In this document: one piece after another, positions 38,986-48,636 of the stretch
Numbering within the stretch: the first letter of the stretch is position 1
Layout: each line of letters begins with the position of its first letter
Source: a virus
IMG/VR virus record: IMGVR_UViG_3300010885_070871
Span: 1 to 64,000 of that record
DNA length: 64,000 nt
Reading direction: 5' to 3' (one strand)
Program-made: the position numbers and the translations under genes
The notes under the pieces: model-generated
What the model saw: only the letters and a program-made list of their open reading frames with translations
Database searches by the model: none
Told to the model about the DNA's origin: nothing

Positions 38986-39243
38986 GTGAAAATAGATTAT
39001 GGTAAAAAAATAGTAGCAGATCGACCTTCAGGAAAATCAAGAATTGAAATATCTAGACATCCTGATTCTATAATGAATAATATATTAGTTGTAAATAGAA
39101 TAGGAAAAGAAAAAGAATCTTCTTGGATAATAGAAAAGGATTTAGGAACCTGGTTAAACTATCTAAAAACCGAAGGATTCACCAAGACAAAAATAGTTCA
39201 AGATGTGGAAACTTCTAAGAAAAATATTAAGAAAAAAAAATAA
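38986..39243 (+). CDS. hypothetical protein
   Basis: 85-aa ORF with GTG start. Confidence 0.55.
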   Translation: MKIDYGKKIVADRPSGKSRIEISRHPDSIMNNILVVNRIGKEKESSWIIEKDLGTWLNYLKTEGFTKTKIVQDVETSKKNIKKKK

Positions 39244-39244
39244 A

Positions 39245-39868
39245 ATGGAAAATCTGCAAGAGATAGATCTGGAAATGCTCGATAAAGAGTTAAAACCATT
39301 TTTTTATAAATGGACCAAAGGTGATAACAACGGACAAGTATGTGAGTACGAAAGCTTATTTAAAGATCCAGCTTCTGGTATAATCTGGATTAATTTTAAA
39401 GGGGGAACTAGGATAAACTATAGCGTCATGTCTGAATATATGATCGAGATAGATCCTATTCCTCAGAGCAATTCTACGAATCAACTTCAACCAATAACAA
39501 AAGCACAAAATAGCAGAATACCAGTTCAGGATCAATTTCCTGTAAAAAATGTTATGCTTGCTGATAATAGAGACTCTAAAGTTATTGATGAAAACCCTAT
39601 AGTTTCTTTGCTACAAAAACAAAAACCTAATTGGGTAGAAGTTGGAATAAAACTGAAATTAAATTTACCTACTAAAAACCTTTATAATGTTTTAACCTCT
39701 TCTTTCGAAGATGCAGAAAACGAGATTATAGAATTTGTGGTCAATGACCTCGACTTAGAAATAATCAAAGAAAGTTTGAGGATAAATATAAAAGAAATAT
39801 ATAAAGGTAATCATGCAAATATTCGAAAACCAGGAACAGATCTCAATAAAGAAGAACAAGAGAATTGA
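39245..39868 (+). CDS. hypothetical protein
   Basis: ATG at 39245 (MENLQE) preferred. Confidence 0.7.
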   Translation: MENLQEIDLEMLDKELKPFFYKWTKGDNNGQVCEYESLFKDPASGIIWINFKGGTRINYSVMSEYMIEIDPIPQSNSTNQLQPITKAQNSRIPVQDQFPVKNVMLADNRDSKVIDENPIVSLLQKQKPNWVEVGIKLKLNLPTKNLYNVLTSSFEDAENEIIEFVVNDLDLEIIKESLRINIKEIYKGNHANIRKPGTDLNKEEQEN

Positions 39869-40376
39869 AGTCTTAGAGATAAACGAACACCTATTTATTA
39901 AGCAAATATATCCCGGTGTTATAATAATGCCCTATACATTAGACGATGAAGGTAATCCATCAAAGATTGGTATTATAAACGAGGTATTGGAGCAAAGACC
40001 TGGTGGAATGGCTAAGACATTAATAACTGGAACACCTGATGAAGACGACGATAATATTTTTCAAACTGCCATAAGAGAATTAAAAGAGGAATCTGGTTTC
40101 AAAGTACCTGATATTAAGAGATGGAAATTTTTAGGAACCCTTTATACATCTAAACTAGTACTTAACTCTAATCCCTGCTTTTCTGTAAACATAACTTCTA
40201 TTGTTGCAGAAGAAAAAACTACAGACGGATCTACAGAAGAAAAAGATTCTAAATTTGAACTTATAAGTATAGAAGAAGCTTTATCCTTAGAAGATTCCTT
40301 AATCAGTACTCTTTTTATAAAAACATTTAAAGATATTTTCATTAAAAAAGAAAACAATGAACAACCAACTACCTAA
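39813..40376 (+). CDS. NUDIX hydrolase
   Basis: Nudix box G...D......AIRELKEESG. Confidence 0.8.
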   Translation: MQIFENQEQISIKKNKRIEVLEINEHLFIKQIYPGVIIMPYTLDDEGNPSKIGIINEVLEQRPGGMAKTLITGTPDEDDDNIFQTAIRELKEESGFKVPDIKRWKFLGTLYTSKLVLNSNPCFSVNITSIVAEEKTTDGSTEEKDSKFELISIEEALSLEDSLISTLFIKTFKDIFIKKENNEQPTT

Positions 40377-40539
40377 TAGAAGAGAAAGAAGAAAAGCTGC
40401 AAAAGTAGCAGGTCTTTTTGGTAAAAAAGAAAGTAACAAACAAAAGGAAGAGAGAAGACAAAGATCTCTAGTTACTGGAAATTTAATAAGACTTAGAAAT
40501 TTAACAGAGCAAAGAAACAGAAACAAATCCCCTGAATAA
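40357..40539 (+). CDS. small basic protein
   Basis: 60 aa, R/K-rich (PNRRERRKAAK). Confidence 0.55.
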   Translation: MNNQLPNRRERRKAAKVAGLFGKKESNKQKEERRQRSLVTGNLIRLRNLTEQRNRNKSPE

Positions 40540-40542
40540 TCT

Positions 40543-40863
40543 GTGAACCTTAAATATATTATAGTAAATAAATCAGAAAAAATAAAGTCCCCTAAATTTG
40601 AGGGGATAGAAATACATCAGATAGATGTGAATTCCTGGTTTAAGAGTAACAGCCTTAATCCTTCAGAAATGAACGAAATAAGACAGTTTATATTCGAAGA
40701 ATGGATCATAAAAAAAATACAAAGTACTAAAAATAAAATACTTCCTGGGGCTCATGTAGTTATAATTTATGATAATCCGAGCCCATCTTTTATATCATTT
40801 CTGGAACAAAAAATATCCTTAATTTTTGAATGTGAATCATGTGAGTTAATTTTGATTAACTAA
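40543..40863 (+). CDS. hypothetical protein
   Basis: 106-aa ORF filling the gap. Confidence 0.55.
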   Translation: MNLKYIIVNKSEKIKSPKFEGIEIHQIDVNSWFKSNSLNPSEMNEIRQFIFEEWIIKKIQSTKNKILPGAHVVIIYDNPSPSFISFLEQKISLIFECESCELILIN

Positions 40864-40886
40864 AATTATATAGGGTATATAGTATC

Positions 40887-42740
40887 ATGGCAACACCAGG
40901 AACAGATAGTATAGGTAAACAAGTAGATGGATCATCGTCTGGAAATTCTAGTAATTTAGCAGATCCTGATATTCAAAGATTTGCAAACGGACTTTACAAA
41001 TTTGATTCAGATAAAATATATGGAACTTTTGAGAGAAGTGAATTAGCAGCACTTCCAAAAAGTTTATTTTATGATGGGGCAACAGCTTATGAAACATACA
41101 ATGGGCTTTTTGCTTATTATGTTTTGGGTAAAAATAGTCAAGGAGGAAGAGCTAGATATCACATTTCTGAAAAAACAGCAGAATTAAGTAAAATAACTCC
41201 TAATTATTCTAGAAATCCCACAGCAAAACAAATAATAGAAACAGTAGCAGGTCCTACTCAATCAGGAATTCCTGCTTTTCTAGATCCTGCAAGTCCTTTT
41301 AGAGGACAAATTTATAGTGTTAAGGATTTCATATTTTGTAAGCATTATGGAATAATGCCAAACAATAGAATGCTTACGCTTAGAAGATTTGCCTATCCAA
41401 CATTAGATTCTTTAAGAATAATACCAAACAAACCAAGGGATTTTGGTATCTCAGAAGATGGTAAGAAAGCAGAATTGCAACAGTCTTCTGCAGAAGGAAT
41501 AGGACTTATAAGAGATTTTAAAGGTGAATTAAACACAGCTCTTCCTGTTTCTCAAGCTGTAACATTTTTTGGAGGTGATACAGGAAATAATCTTTCTAGT
41601 ATTTTAGGTATAAATACAGGTCTTAATTTTGAATACCAAAAACAAGATCCTGTAAAAAATGAACAAACAGGGGATCCTGGTCTTATGAATTCCCCTTTTG
41701 GAGACTTAATTAAATCTTTTATAACAACAGGAAAATCTGATCTTAATCCAGAAGCAATCAGTAATTTAATAGGAACATTAGCTGCACCGGAAAAAAATGA
41801 AAGAGCATTAAAAAGGTTATTATTAAATAATGCTCTTGCTCAAGACGGACCACTTTCTAAAAAGATTTTTGTTAATGTTAATACAGTTGACCGAGTAATG
41901 ACAAGACAGCAGGGATTTGCAGGGGGGACTGAATCGTTTACTTTAACTTTTGATTATAACCTAACCTCTGCTGGAGAGGTAAATTCTAAACTACTCTTTT
42001 TAGATTTAATGACTAATCTTCTTTCTTTAGGGTCTGATTATGGACAATTTCTTTCGCCTGAATTAAGATTAGAGCAGACTAACGTTGGTTTAGGATTTCC
42101 AGGAGGTGCTTCTGGTTATATTAAATCTATAGTAAATCCAATACAATACATAAGAGACCAAGTTTCTGGAATTCTTTCTAGTCAAACAGTAAACAAATTA
42201 AATTCAGCAGAAGGAGGGTTAAGTAAGGATATACAAGAAATAACATCTGAATTAAAAGCTTTCGTCCAAGATCCTGATAAAAATCCAATACAAGAGGGAA
42301 GTAAATTTTATAAATCTATAGCAGTAATGATGAGTGATATTTTTCTTAAAAAAATATATTATCAACCATTAATGCTTTCAGGTTATCCAACAGGTGAATG
42401 GCATCTAGTAGTGGGAAATCCATTAAATCCTATAGCAATGATGGGAAATTTAGTTTGCAATAATGTGAAAATAACATTTAATGATGAATTAGGTCCTGAT
42501 GATTTTCCTACTGAAATGAAAGCAGTTTTTACTCTTTTTCCAGGAAGACAGAGACATAGAGGGGATTGGGAATCTATTTTTAATAGAGGTAACGGTAGAT
42601 TATACTTAGGCCAGTTAACAGAAAGTAGTGAAACGGTAAATGCTTGGAGAACATCAAGTGGATATGCACCTAATGATTTCCCTGAAGATGGTACAGATAT
42701 TTACAAAGTGACAACTCAAGGGGCAGCTCAAGGAAGTTAA
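40887..42740 (+). CDS. putative baseplate/tail-tube-associated structural protein
   Basis: First gene of the baseplate module; GNPLNPI..GNL and LGPDDFP motifs; GGTATATA upstream. Confidence 0.5.
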   Translation: MATPGTDSIGKQVDGSSSGNSSNLADPDIQRFANGLYKFDSDKIYGTFERSELAALPKSLFYDGATAYETYNGLFAYYVLGKNSQGGRARYHISEKTAELSKITPNYSRNPTAKQIIETVAGPTQSGIPAFLDPASPFRGQIYSVKDFIFCKHYGIMPNNRMLTLRRFAYPTLDSLRIIPNKPRDFGISEDGKKAELQQSSAEGIGLIRDFKGELNTALPVSQAVTFFGGDTGNNLSSILGINTGLNFEYQKQDPVKNEQTGDPGLMNSPFGDLIKSFITTGKSDLNPEAISNLIGTLAAPEKNERALKRLLLNNALAQDGPLSKKIFVNVNTVDRVMTRQQGFAGGTESFTLTFDYNLTSAGEVNSKLLFLDLMTNLLSLGSDYGQFLSPELRLEQTNVGLGFPGGASGYIKSIVNPIQYIRDQVSGILSSQTVNKLNSAEGGLSKDIQEITSELKAFVQDPDKNPIQEGSKFYKSIAVMMSDIFLKKIYYQPLMLSGYPTGEWHLVVGNPLNPIAMMGNLVCNNVKITFNDELGPDDFPTEMKAVFTLFPGRQRHRGDWESIFNRGNGRLYLGQLTESSETVNAWRTSSGYAPNDFPEDGTDIYKVTTQGAAQGS

Positions 42741-42752
42741 TTAAAATAAAAT

Positions 42753-43358
42753 ATGTTAGCAATAGATGTAATAGAGTCAAAGGGTTTTAGATTAGATCAA
42801 AAAACCAAAAGCCAGGTCTTAGATCTTGTTACTGTTTCTTGGAATACTAGAGATATAAATTATCAGTTAAAATCTATAGCTTTTGTCACAAGTGAAACTG
42901 AAATGAGACCAGATCTTGTTTCTCTTCTTTATCAGAACGATCAAAGTAGAGTGGGATCTTTATTAAAATTAAATAATATTTCAAATCCTCTTTCTGTTAA
43001 GATGGGTGAAATATTAGCAGTACCTACAGATGAAATGACTAATAATTTATTTCAAAGTGGTAAAAATATAACAAATCAAAAGCAAAAAGCAAGATCTTTT
43101 AGAAAAGAATTACAAGAAAAAATATCTCAGGTTTCTCAAGAGCGATTAAATTATCTTAATTCTAAAAATATTTCAAATCTTGCACAAACACCGCTTCCAC
43201 CAAATCTTTTACAAGAAGGACAACAACAGATCCTTGTTGAGGATGGAAAACTTTTATTTGGTCCTGATATAGGACAATGTAAAACAAAAGCAAAAAAGAG
43301 TGTTTCTGTTACTGACATAAAAACAAAGCTTGCTCAGAAAAACATTTTTAGAAGATAA
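42753..43358 (+). CDS. baseplate wedge protein, gp53/LysM-like
   Basis: MRPDLVSLLY...LLKLNNISNPLS..GEILAVP. Confidence 0.7.
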   Translation: MLAIDVIESKGFRLDQKTKSQVLDLVTVSWNTRDINYQLKSIAFVTSETEMRPDLVSLLYQNDQSRVGSLLKLNNISNPLSVKMGEILAVPTDEMTNNLFQSGKNITNQKQKARSFRKELQEKISQVSQERLNYLNSKNISNLAQTPLPPNLLQEGQQQILVEDGKLLFGPDIGQCKTKAKKSVSVTDIKTKLAQKNIFRR

Positions 43359-44980
43359 TGGCAAATTTTAATTTAAGAAAATCCATATTACAATACAGAA
43401 ATCCTGATATAGTTCTGGATGAACTTTCTATTGTTGATACAGGATCTCAGAAGGGAGATCTACAAAAAAATGATAGAGAAGGAAATAACATCCAGAAGAA
43501 ATATACAGGGATGGCTGAGCCACTAATTAAAATAAACAATGTTGTAGTTTCTGGTCTTAGTTATTTTAAATTGGATTTATCTGGATTCAAACCTAAATTA
43601 ATTTTTAAATTTAGTACGATAGACGAAAGATTTATATACACATCATTTCCAAAGGATGGAGATATAATTTCTCTTTATATAAGAGCTTACGGGGAAATGT
43701 TTAAGCCAATTAGAATGGATTTTATAATAACTGAAGTAATTTCACCTTTTTCTTATAGTGCAAGTGTTGAAAATGATAAAACAAATCTTGATGCAGGATC
43801 TGGTAAATATCAAACATATACTATATTTGGCGAGGTAAGAGTTCCTAAGCTTTATAAACATGTGAGTAAATCATTCAAGGGAAACAGTACAGATGCTTTA
43901 ATAAAGATATCAGAAGATCTTGGCCTTGGCTATGCTTCTAATGAAGCTAAAACAAAAGATGAAATGACATGGATTTCACCTAATGCAGATTATGAGACAT
44001 TAATAAAAAATATAGTAAATAGCTCTTGGTTAAGTGAAGAAGATTATTTTGATTGCTGGATAGATCAATATTATAATATAAATCTAGTTAATCTTAGAAA
44101 ACAATTCGATGAACAAAATCAAACAATAGAAACTATGAGAATGGCTTATGGTGTTGATGAAACACCTGATATGTCAGCAGGAACAGAACCACGAGAAGTT
44201 GAATTTCCTATAGTTTTAACAAATGCAACAAATTATGCTAAATCCCCTTTGTATATTAGATCTATGTCTATAGAACATAATGCAGGACAAATTAATAACG
44301 ATCTAGGATATTTTCAGAGAGTTCAGTTTTATGATTCTAAATTGAATTCAGACAAGCCTAAAAACAAATATGTTGAATATAATATAGAATCTGTTACAAA
44401 TAAAACTGTAGGTTCAAGGGACACTTTAAACAAAGGAAGATTAGGAGAAAGTATCTACAAGGAAGAGATTAAAAAAACTTACGTTGGAACTATGTATTTT
44501 GAAAATGTACATGAGAATTTTCATCAGGCACAGATACAAAATATATTTAATCGTAACGATAGTTATAAATTAATACTAAAAGTTAAGACAAGAGCATGGA
44601 TGCCTTGGCTTTACAGAGGAAAATCAATTCCAGTTAATATAATACAAGAGGGTAGCACCACTGCTTCTAGTGATTCTAAATATTCTGCAAAAGGTGGTGA
44701 AAAATCTTCTCTTGCACCTCCTGCTGAAAAAAGAGTACCAAATGCTTTTCTTTCTGGTGATTATGTTATATTAGGAATAAACATAGAATTTAATTTAACA
44801 GATAGATTACATCAGGTTTTAATACTCGGTAAAAAACAATGGGTACTTAATCCAGGTATTGCTTCAGATCCGTCAACAGTAGATCCTACAAGTGATGAGG
44901 GAGACTTTAACGATCTCACTCAAAACACATCCTCTATAACACAAAAGGATGCTGGTGTTTTAAATAATAGTGTGTTTTAA
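43358..44980 (+). CDS. putative baseplate hub protein (gp27-like)
   Basis: Lies between the gp53-like and gp5-like genes; WIDQYYNIN and FLSGDYVI near the C-terminus. Confidence 0.5.
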   Translation: MANFNLRKSILQYRNPDIVLDELSIVDTGSQKGDLQKNDREGNNIQKKYTGMAEPLIKINNVVVSGLSYFKLDLSGFKPKLIFKFSTIDERFIYTSFPKDGDIISLYIRAYGEMFKPIRMDFIITEVISPFSYSASVENDKTNLDAGSGKYQTYTIFGEVRVPKLYKHVSKSFKGNSTDALIKISEDLGLGYASNEAKTKDEMTWISPNADYETLIKNIVNSSWLSEEDYFDCWIDQYYNINLVNLRKQFDEQNQTIETMRMAYGVDETPDMSAGTEPREVEFPIVLTNATNYAKSPLYIRSMSIEHNAGQINNDLGYFQRVQFYDSKLNSDKPKNKYVEYNIESVTNKTVGSRDTLNKGRLGESIYKEEIKKTYVGTMYFENVHENFHQAQIQNIFNRNDSYKLILKVKTRAWMPWLYRGKSIPVNIIQEGSTTASSDSKYSAKGGEKSSLAPPAEKRVPNAFLSGDYVILGINIEFNLTDRLHQVLILGKKQWVLNPGIASDPSTVDPTSDEGDFNDLTQNTSSITQKDAGVLNNSVF

Positions 44981-44993
44981 TTAACTAAAAGAA

Positions 44994-47798
44994 ATGGCAG
45001 ATTTTTCAGATTTTACATCAGGCATAAAAAGTAATCTAACCCCAGATGGGAAAGGAATATTGAATAGAAAGATAGATTTTCAGAGAGAAAAATTTCTGAA
45101 AGGAGTTTCCACTACAAAGCACGGTAAAAAGGAAGATCCTACTTACCTCTATTTTAAATTTGTGTTTGATTTTGGAGATACTGGAATTATAGATCCTACA
45201 ACATTTTTGCCACCTTCTCCTTTATTTAGATCAACAGCAAATCTTAGTGGAAGAGAGCAAGACAATCTTATTGAAAGAACATCTGAGAAAAATACAAGAA
45301 ATAGCGACAATCTAGCACCAGGACAAGATGCTGGTAATAATGATGCTATTAGAGAAGTAACAGAGGCAGCAGCAGGAACTTTTTATACAACTGATGATTT
45401 CTTCTATACATCAAAATCTAAAATAGCAGGCGCACAAGGTAAATTGTTTTATAACATAAATGGATCTGGAGTTGCTTACATGGGAGCTCAGCAATTTTTA
45501 GCACAGAGATCTGCTAAAAGACAACAAATGCTTCAGGCTTTTAAGAATGGAATAAACTTTATAAATAAAGAATGCCCTTATTATTTTCAAAGTTTAAGCG
45601 GATTAGATAATTTATTAAAAGTAGATATAAAAAATTATCATAAAGCAGGAGGTGCACCAAAAAGAACAGGAACTTTAACTATAGATTGTTTAGAGTCTAT
45701 TGATATGAGAGTTTTCTCTTTAGCTGAACTTTACAGAAAAGCAGTATATGACTACACTTATCACAGAATAATGGTTCCTGAAAATTTAAGAAAATTTAGG
45801 ATGTGGTTAGTAATAACAGAATTAAGAAATATCCAGCTCACCTATGGTGTTAATGATTTATTAAATCCTTTCACTATTCCTTCAGTATCACAGGCAGCAA
45901 ATTTTTTAGATAGCTTTAATTCGCAAACAGGATTATTAGATAAAGTTCAAGGAATTTATGATAAGTCAACAAAGGAAACACCAGATGCTTCTACTATTGG
46001 AACATACTCTATGGGTCCTTACACTTTCATATATCAATTTGATCAGTGTGAATTTGATTTCGATAGTACATATCCTTCCTATGGAACGATTGATGCTAAA
46101 GGTGGACAAGCAGTAAATACTTCATTTAAGATACATGTAGGAAGAGTTCAAGATTATAAGATACAGTTTAATCAACTTGCTGATGTTCTTAAAAAAGATA
46201 ACAATATACAGCAAATGGTTCTTGCAGATGTGTGGGGTTCACCTGGGTCTAGTTATGTTAATTATGATTATGTTAGTACACAGGGTATAGAGAGTGTTAC
46301 TTTTTCTGATAAACCTAATCCTGGTGAATATTTTGCTAAGCTTGCTTCTGATTTCGTAACGAATACTGCAGCAGATTTAAAGAATCAAGGTGTTTCAATA
46401 TTACAAGGTGCACTACTAGGAAACATATATGGACTTGGTGGAGTAAACGCACAACAAGCTGCTTCAAGTGTTCAATCTTTAGTTAGTACAATAAAGGGTG
46501 GAGTTCCTAATCCTTTTGCTAAAAACGATCCACAATCAAATGGATATGGTGGACCTAATGAAAGACAATATCCTAGAATAAATGAGGATCTTTATCCAAA
46601 CTCTGCTGGATCTAACGGAGGAAGTCTTGGTAACGTTTTACCTGGTACTGGACAACCAGGAGGATCTATAAACACTGATGTTTATAATAATAATCCAGGA
46701 AAAGATTTGGGATTACCAGACAGACAATATCCAATAAATAATTCTGACGAATACAATAACGTTCCAGGAGCAGATTTAGGTGCTCCTGATAGAGTTTATC
46801 CAATTCCAGGAGGGGATCAATATCCTGATAATCCAGGAGCAGATTTAGGATTACCTGATAGACAATATCCGGTAAATAATTCAGATGAATATAATAACGT
46901 TCCAGGCTCAGATTTAGGTGTTCCTAGTAGAGTTTATACAGTTCCTGGAGGTGATCAATATCCTGATAATCCAGGAGCAGATTTAGGATTACCTGGTAGA
47001 CAATATCCAGCAAATAATTCTGATGAATATAATAATGTACCAGGTTCTGATTTAGGGGTTCCTGATAGAGTTTATACAGTTCCTGGAGGTGATCAATATC
47101 CTAATAATCCAGGATCAGACTTAGGACTTCCTAATAGACAATATGCTCCTTCAGAGGGAGACGAATACGAAAACGTACCAGGATCTGATTTAGGAGTTAA
47201 TGGAAGAATATATCCAGCTCCTGGAGGTGATCAATATCCTAACAATCCGGGTTCAGATCTAGGATTACCTAATAGACAATATGCTCCTTCAGAGGGAGAC
47301 GAATACGAAAACGTACCAGGACAAGATCTTGGTGTTGGAGATAGGATTTATAAACAACCAGAAGGGGATCAATATAAAAATACTCCAGGATCTGATTTAG
47401 GATTGCCAGATAGACAATATCCTGCGGCAGGTGGAGATGGATACGAAAACGTTCCAGGAAGAGATTTAGGACCAAGAGGCAGAGTTTATGATTTTAAGAA
47501 TGAAGACAAATATCAAAACACACCTGGTCCAGATTTAGGACTACCTTCTAGACAATATGAAAACTCTAATGGAGATGAATATAAAAATACTCCAGGATCT
47601 GATTTAGGACCAAAAGGAAGAGTTTACGAATCTGTTAACGAGGATTTATATAAAAATACTCCAGGATCTGATTTAGGATTGCCAGATAGACAATATTCTA
47701 GTAATAATACTGACGAGTATGATCCTTCTTTAATTCAACCTAATACAAATTTAGGAAGAATATATCAAAGTAATAAATCAAATAATTTGGACAGTTAA
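44994..47798 (+). CDS. putative tail/baseplate structural protein with 15 C-terminal 23-aa repeats
   Basis: 934 aa; globular N-half (PYYFQSLSGL, CLESIDMR, PENLRKF); repeat tail. Confidence 0.6.
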   Translation: MADFSDFTSGIKSNLTPDGKGILNRKIDFQREKFLKGVSTTKHGKKEDPTYLYFKFVFDFGDTGIIDPTTFLPPSPLFRSTANLSGREQDNLIERTSEKNTRNSDNLAPGQDAGNNDAIREVTEAAAGTFYTTDDFFYTSKSKIAGAQGKLFYNINGSGVAYMGAQQFLAQRSAKRQQMLQAFKNGINFINKECPYYFQSLSGLDNLLKVDIKNYHKAGGAPKRTGTLTIDCLESIDMRVFSLAELYRKAVYDYTYHRIMVPENLRKFRMWLVITELRNIQLTYGVNDLLNPFTIPSVSQAANFLDSFNSQTGLLDKVQGIYDKSTKETPDASTIGTYSMGPYTFIYQFDQCEFDFDSTYPSYGTIDAKGGQAVNTSFKIHVGRVQDYKIQFNQLADVLKKDNNIQQMVLADVWGSPGSSYVNYDYVSTQGIESVTFSDKPNPGEYFAKLASDFVTNTAADLKNQGVSILQGALLGNIYGLGGVNAQQAASSVQSLVSTIKGGVPNPFAKNDPQSNGYGGPNERQYPRINEDLYPNSAGSNGGSLGNVLPGTGQPGGSINTDVYNNNPGKDLGLPDRQYPINNSDEYNNVPGADLGAPDRVYPIPGGDQYPDNPGADLGLPDRQYPVNNSDEYNNVPGSDLGVPSRVYTVPGGDQYPDNPGADLGLPGRQYPANNSDEYNNVPGSDLGVPDRVYTVPGGDQYPNNPGSDLGLPNRQYAPSEGDEYENVPGSDLGVNGRIYPAPGGDQYPNNPGSDLGLPNRQYAPSEGDEYENVPGQDLGVGDRIYKQPEGDQYKNTPGSDLGLPDRQYPAAGGDGYENVPGRDLGPRGRVYDFKNEDKYQNTPGPDLGLPSRQYENSNGDEYKNTPGSDLGPKGRVYESVNEDLYKNTPGSDLGLPDRQYSSNNTDEYDPSLIQPNTNLGRIYQSNKSNNLDS
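46674..47708 (+). repeat. 15 x 69-bp coding repeats with alternating A/B units (138-bp higher-order period)
   Basis: Consensus xDxYxNxPGxDLGxPxRxY; RQY units alternate with RVY/RIY units. Confidence 0.95.
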
Positions 47799-47833
47799 AA
47801 GAAACATATATAATTATAATTATATAAAACTAG

Positions 47834-48625
47834 ATGACTTTAATAAATAGAAATAAACTAGCAAGCAGTAACACAGAAATTACACATTATCTGGGTGTTG
47901 TTGTAGATAATAAAGATCCAGAATTCAAAGGAAGAGCTAAAGTTAAAGTTTTTGGTGTTTTTGATGACCTTTCTGATGATGATTTACCTTGGGCACATCA
48001 AAGATTTGAAATGAGTTTCGGATTAAATGGAGGTTCTGGAAGAATGTCAGTACCTAAATTAGGATCTGTTGTACATGTTCAATTTAATAATGGAAATTAT
48101 TATAGCCCTGAATATAAAGCTGTTCAGGAGCTTTCACCGGATTTAATAGATGAAATAAGTGCAAGTTATGACGGGGCTCATTCTATAATATATGATGGTG
48201 TTGAAAAATTAAAAATGTATTATACTGTAGCTAAAGGAATAGTTATAGATTTAAAAGAGTCTCAAATCATAATAAAAAATGATAATTCTATTTTAATAAA
48301 GCATGCAAATGATTCAACTTCTATAGAATTAAAGGGAGGAAAAATAACAAAATACGCAGATCAGGAAATAGAGAACACAGCAGTTACTAGAATAAAACAT
48401 TCTTCACAAGAAGTTTGGATGGATGGCAAAACAACTAATCTAGGACACACCCCTGTTTTTTCTGCAGTTTGTGCAGAACCTCTTTGGGATTTTCTTAAAA
48501 AATTAGCTGTTGCTGTCGATGCAAAATTACCTCTTAGTCCTGGCGTTAGTTCAACTTTGGCTGCAAGCTTTGAACAATTATCCACTAGTAAAACAGTTAA
48601 GGTAACCAGAGAAAATGTTGGATAA
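47834..48625 (+). CDS. gp5: baseplate central spike, gp5/VgrG OB-fold (no lysozyme domain)
   Basis: YLGVVVDNKDP..KGRAKVKVFG, LPWA and VPKLGSVVHVQF. Confidence 0.85.
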   Translation: MTLINRNKLASSNTEITHYLGVVVDNKDPEFKGRAKVKVFGVFDDLSDDDLPWAHQRFEMSFGLNGGSGRMSVPKLGSVVHVQFNNGNYYSPEYKAVQELSPDLIDEISASYDGAHSIIYDGVEKLKMYYTVAKGIVIDLKESQIIIKNDNSILIKHANDSTSIELKGGKITKYADQEIENTAVTRIKHSSQEVWMDGKTTNLGHTPVFSAVCAEPLWDFLKKLAVAVDAKLPLSPGVSSTLAASFEQLSTSKTVKVTRENVG

Positions 48626-48636
48626 AAAATTAATAG

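Noticed and set aside
46674-47708. Regularly spaced repeats as a possible CRISPR array
   Set aside because: The repeats are in-frame, vary at synonymous positions and have no unique spacers; no cas genes are present. The same applies to 12892-13464.
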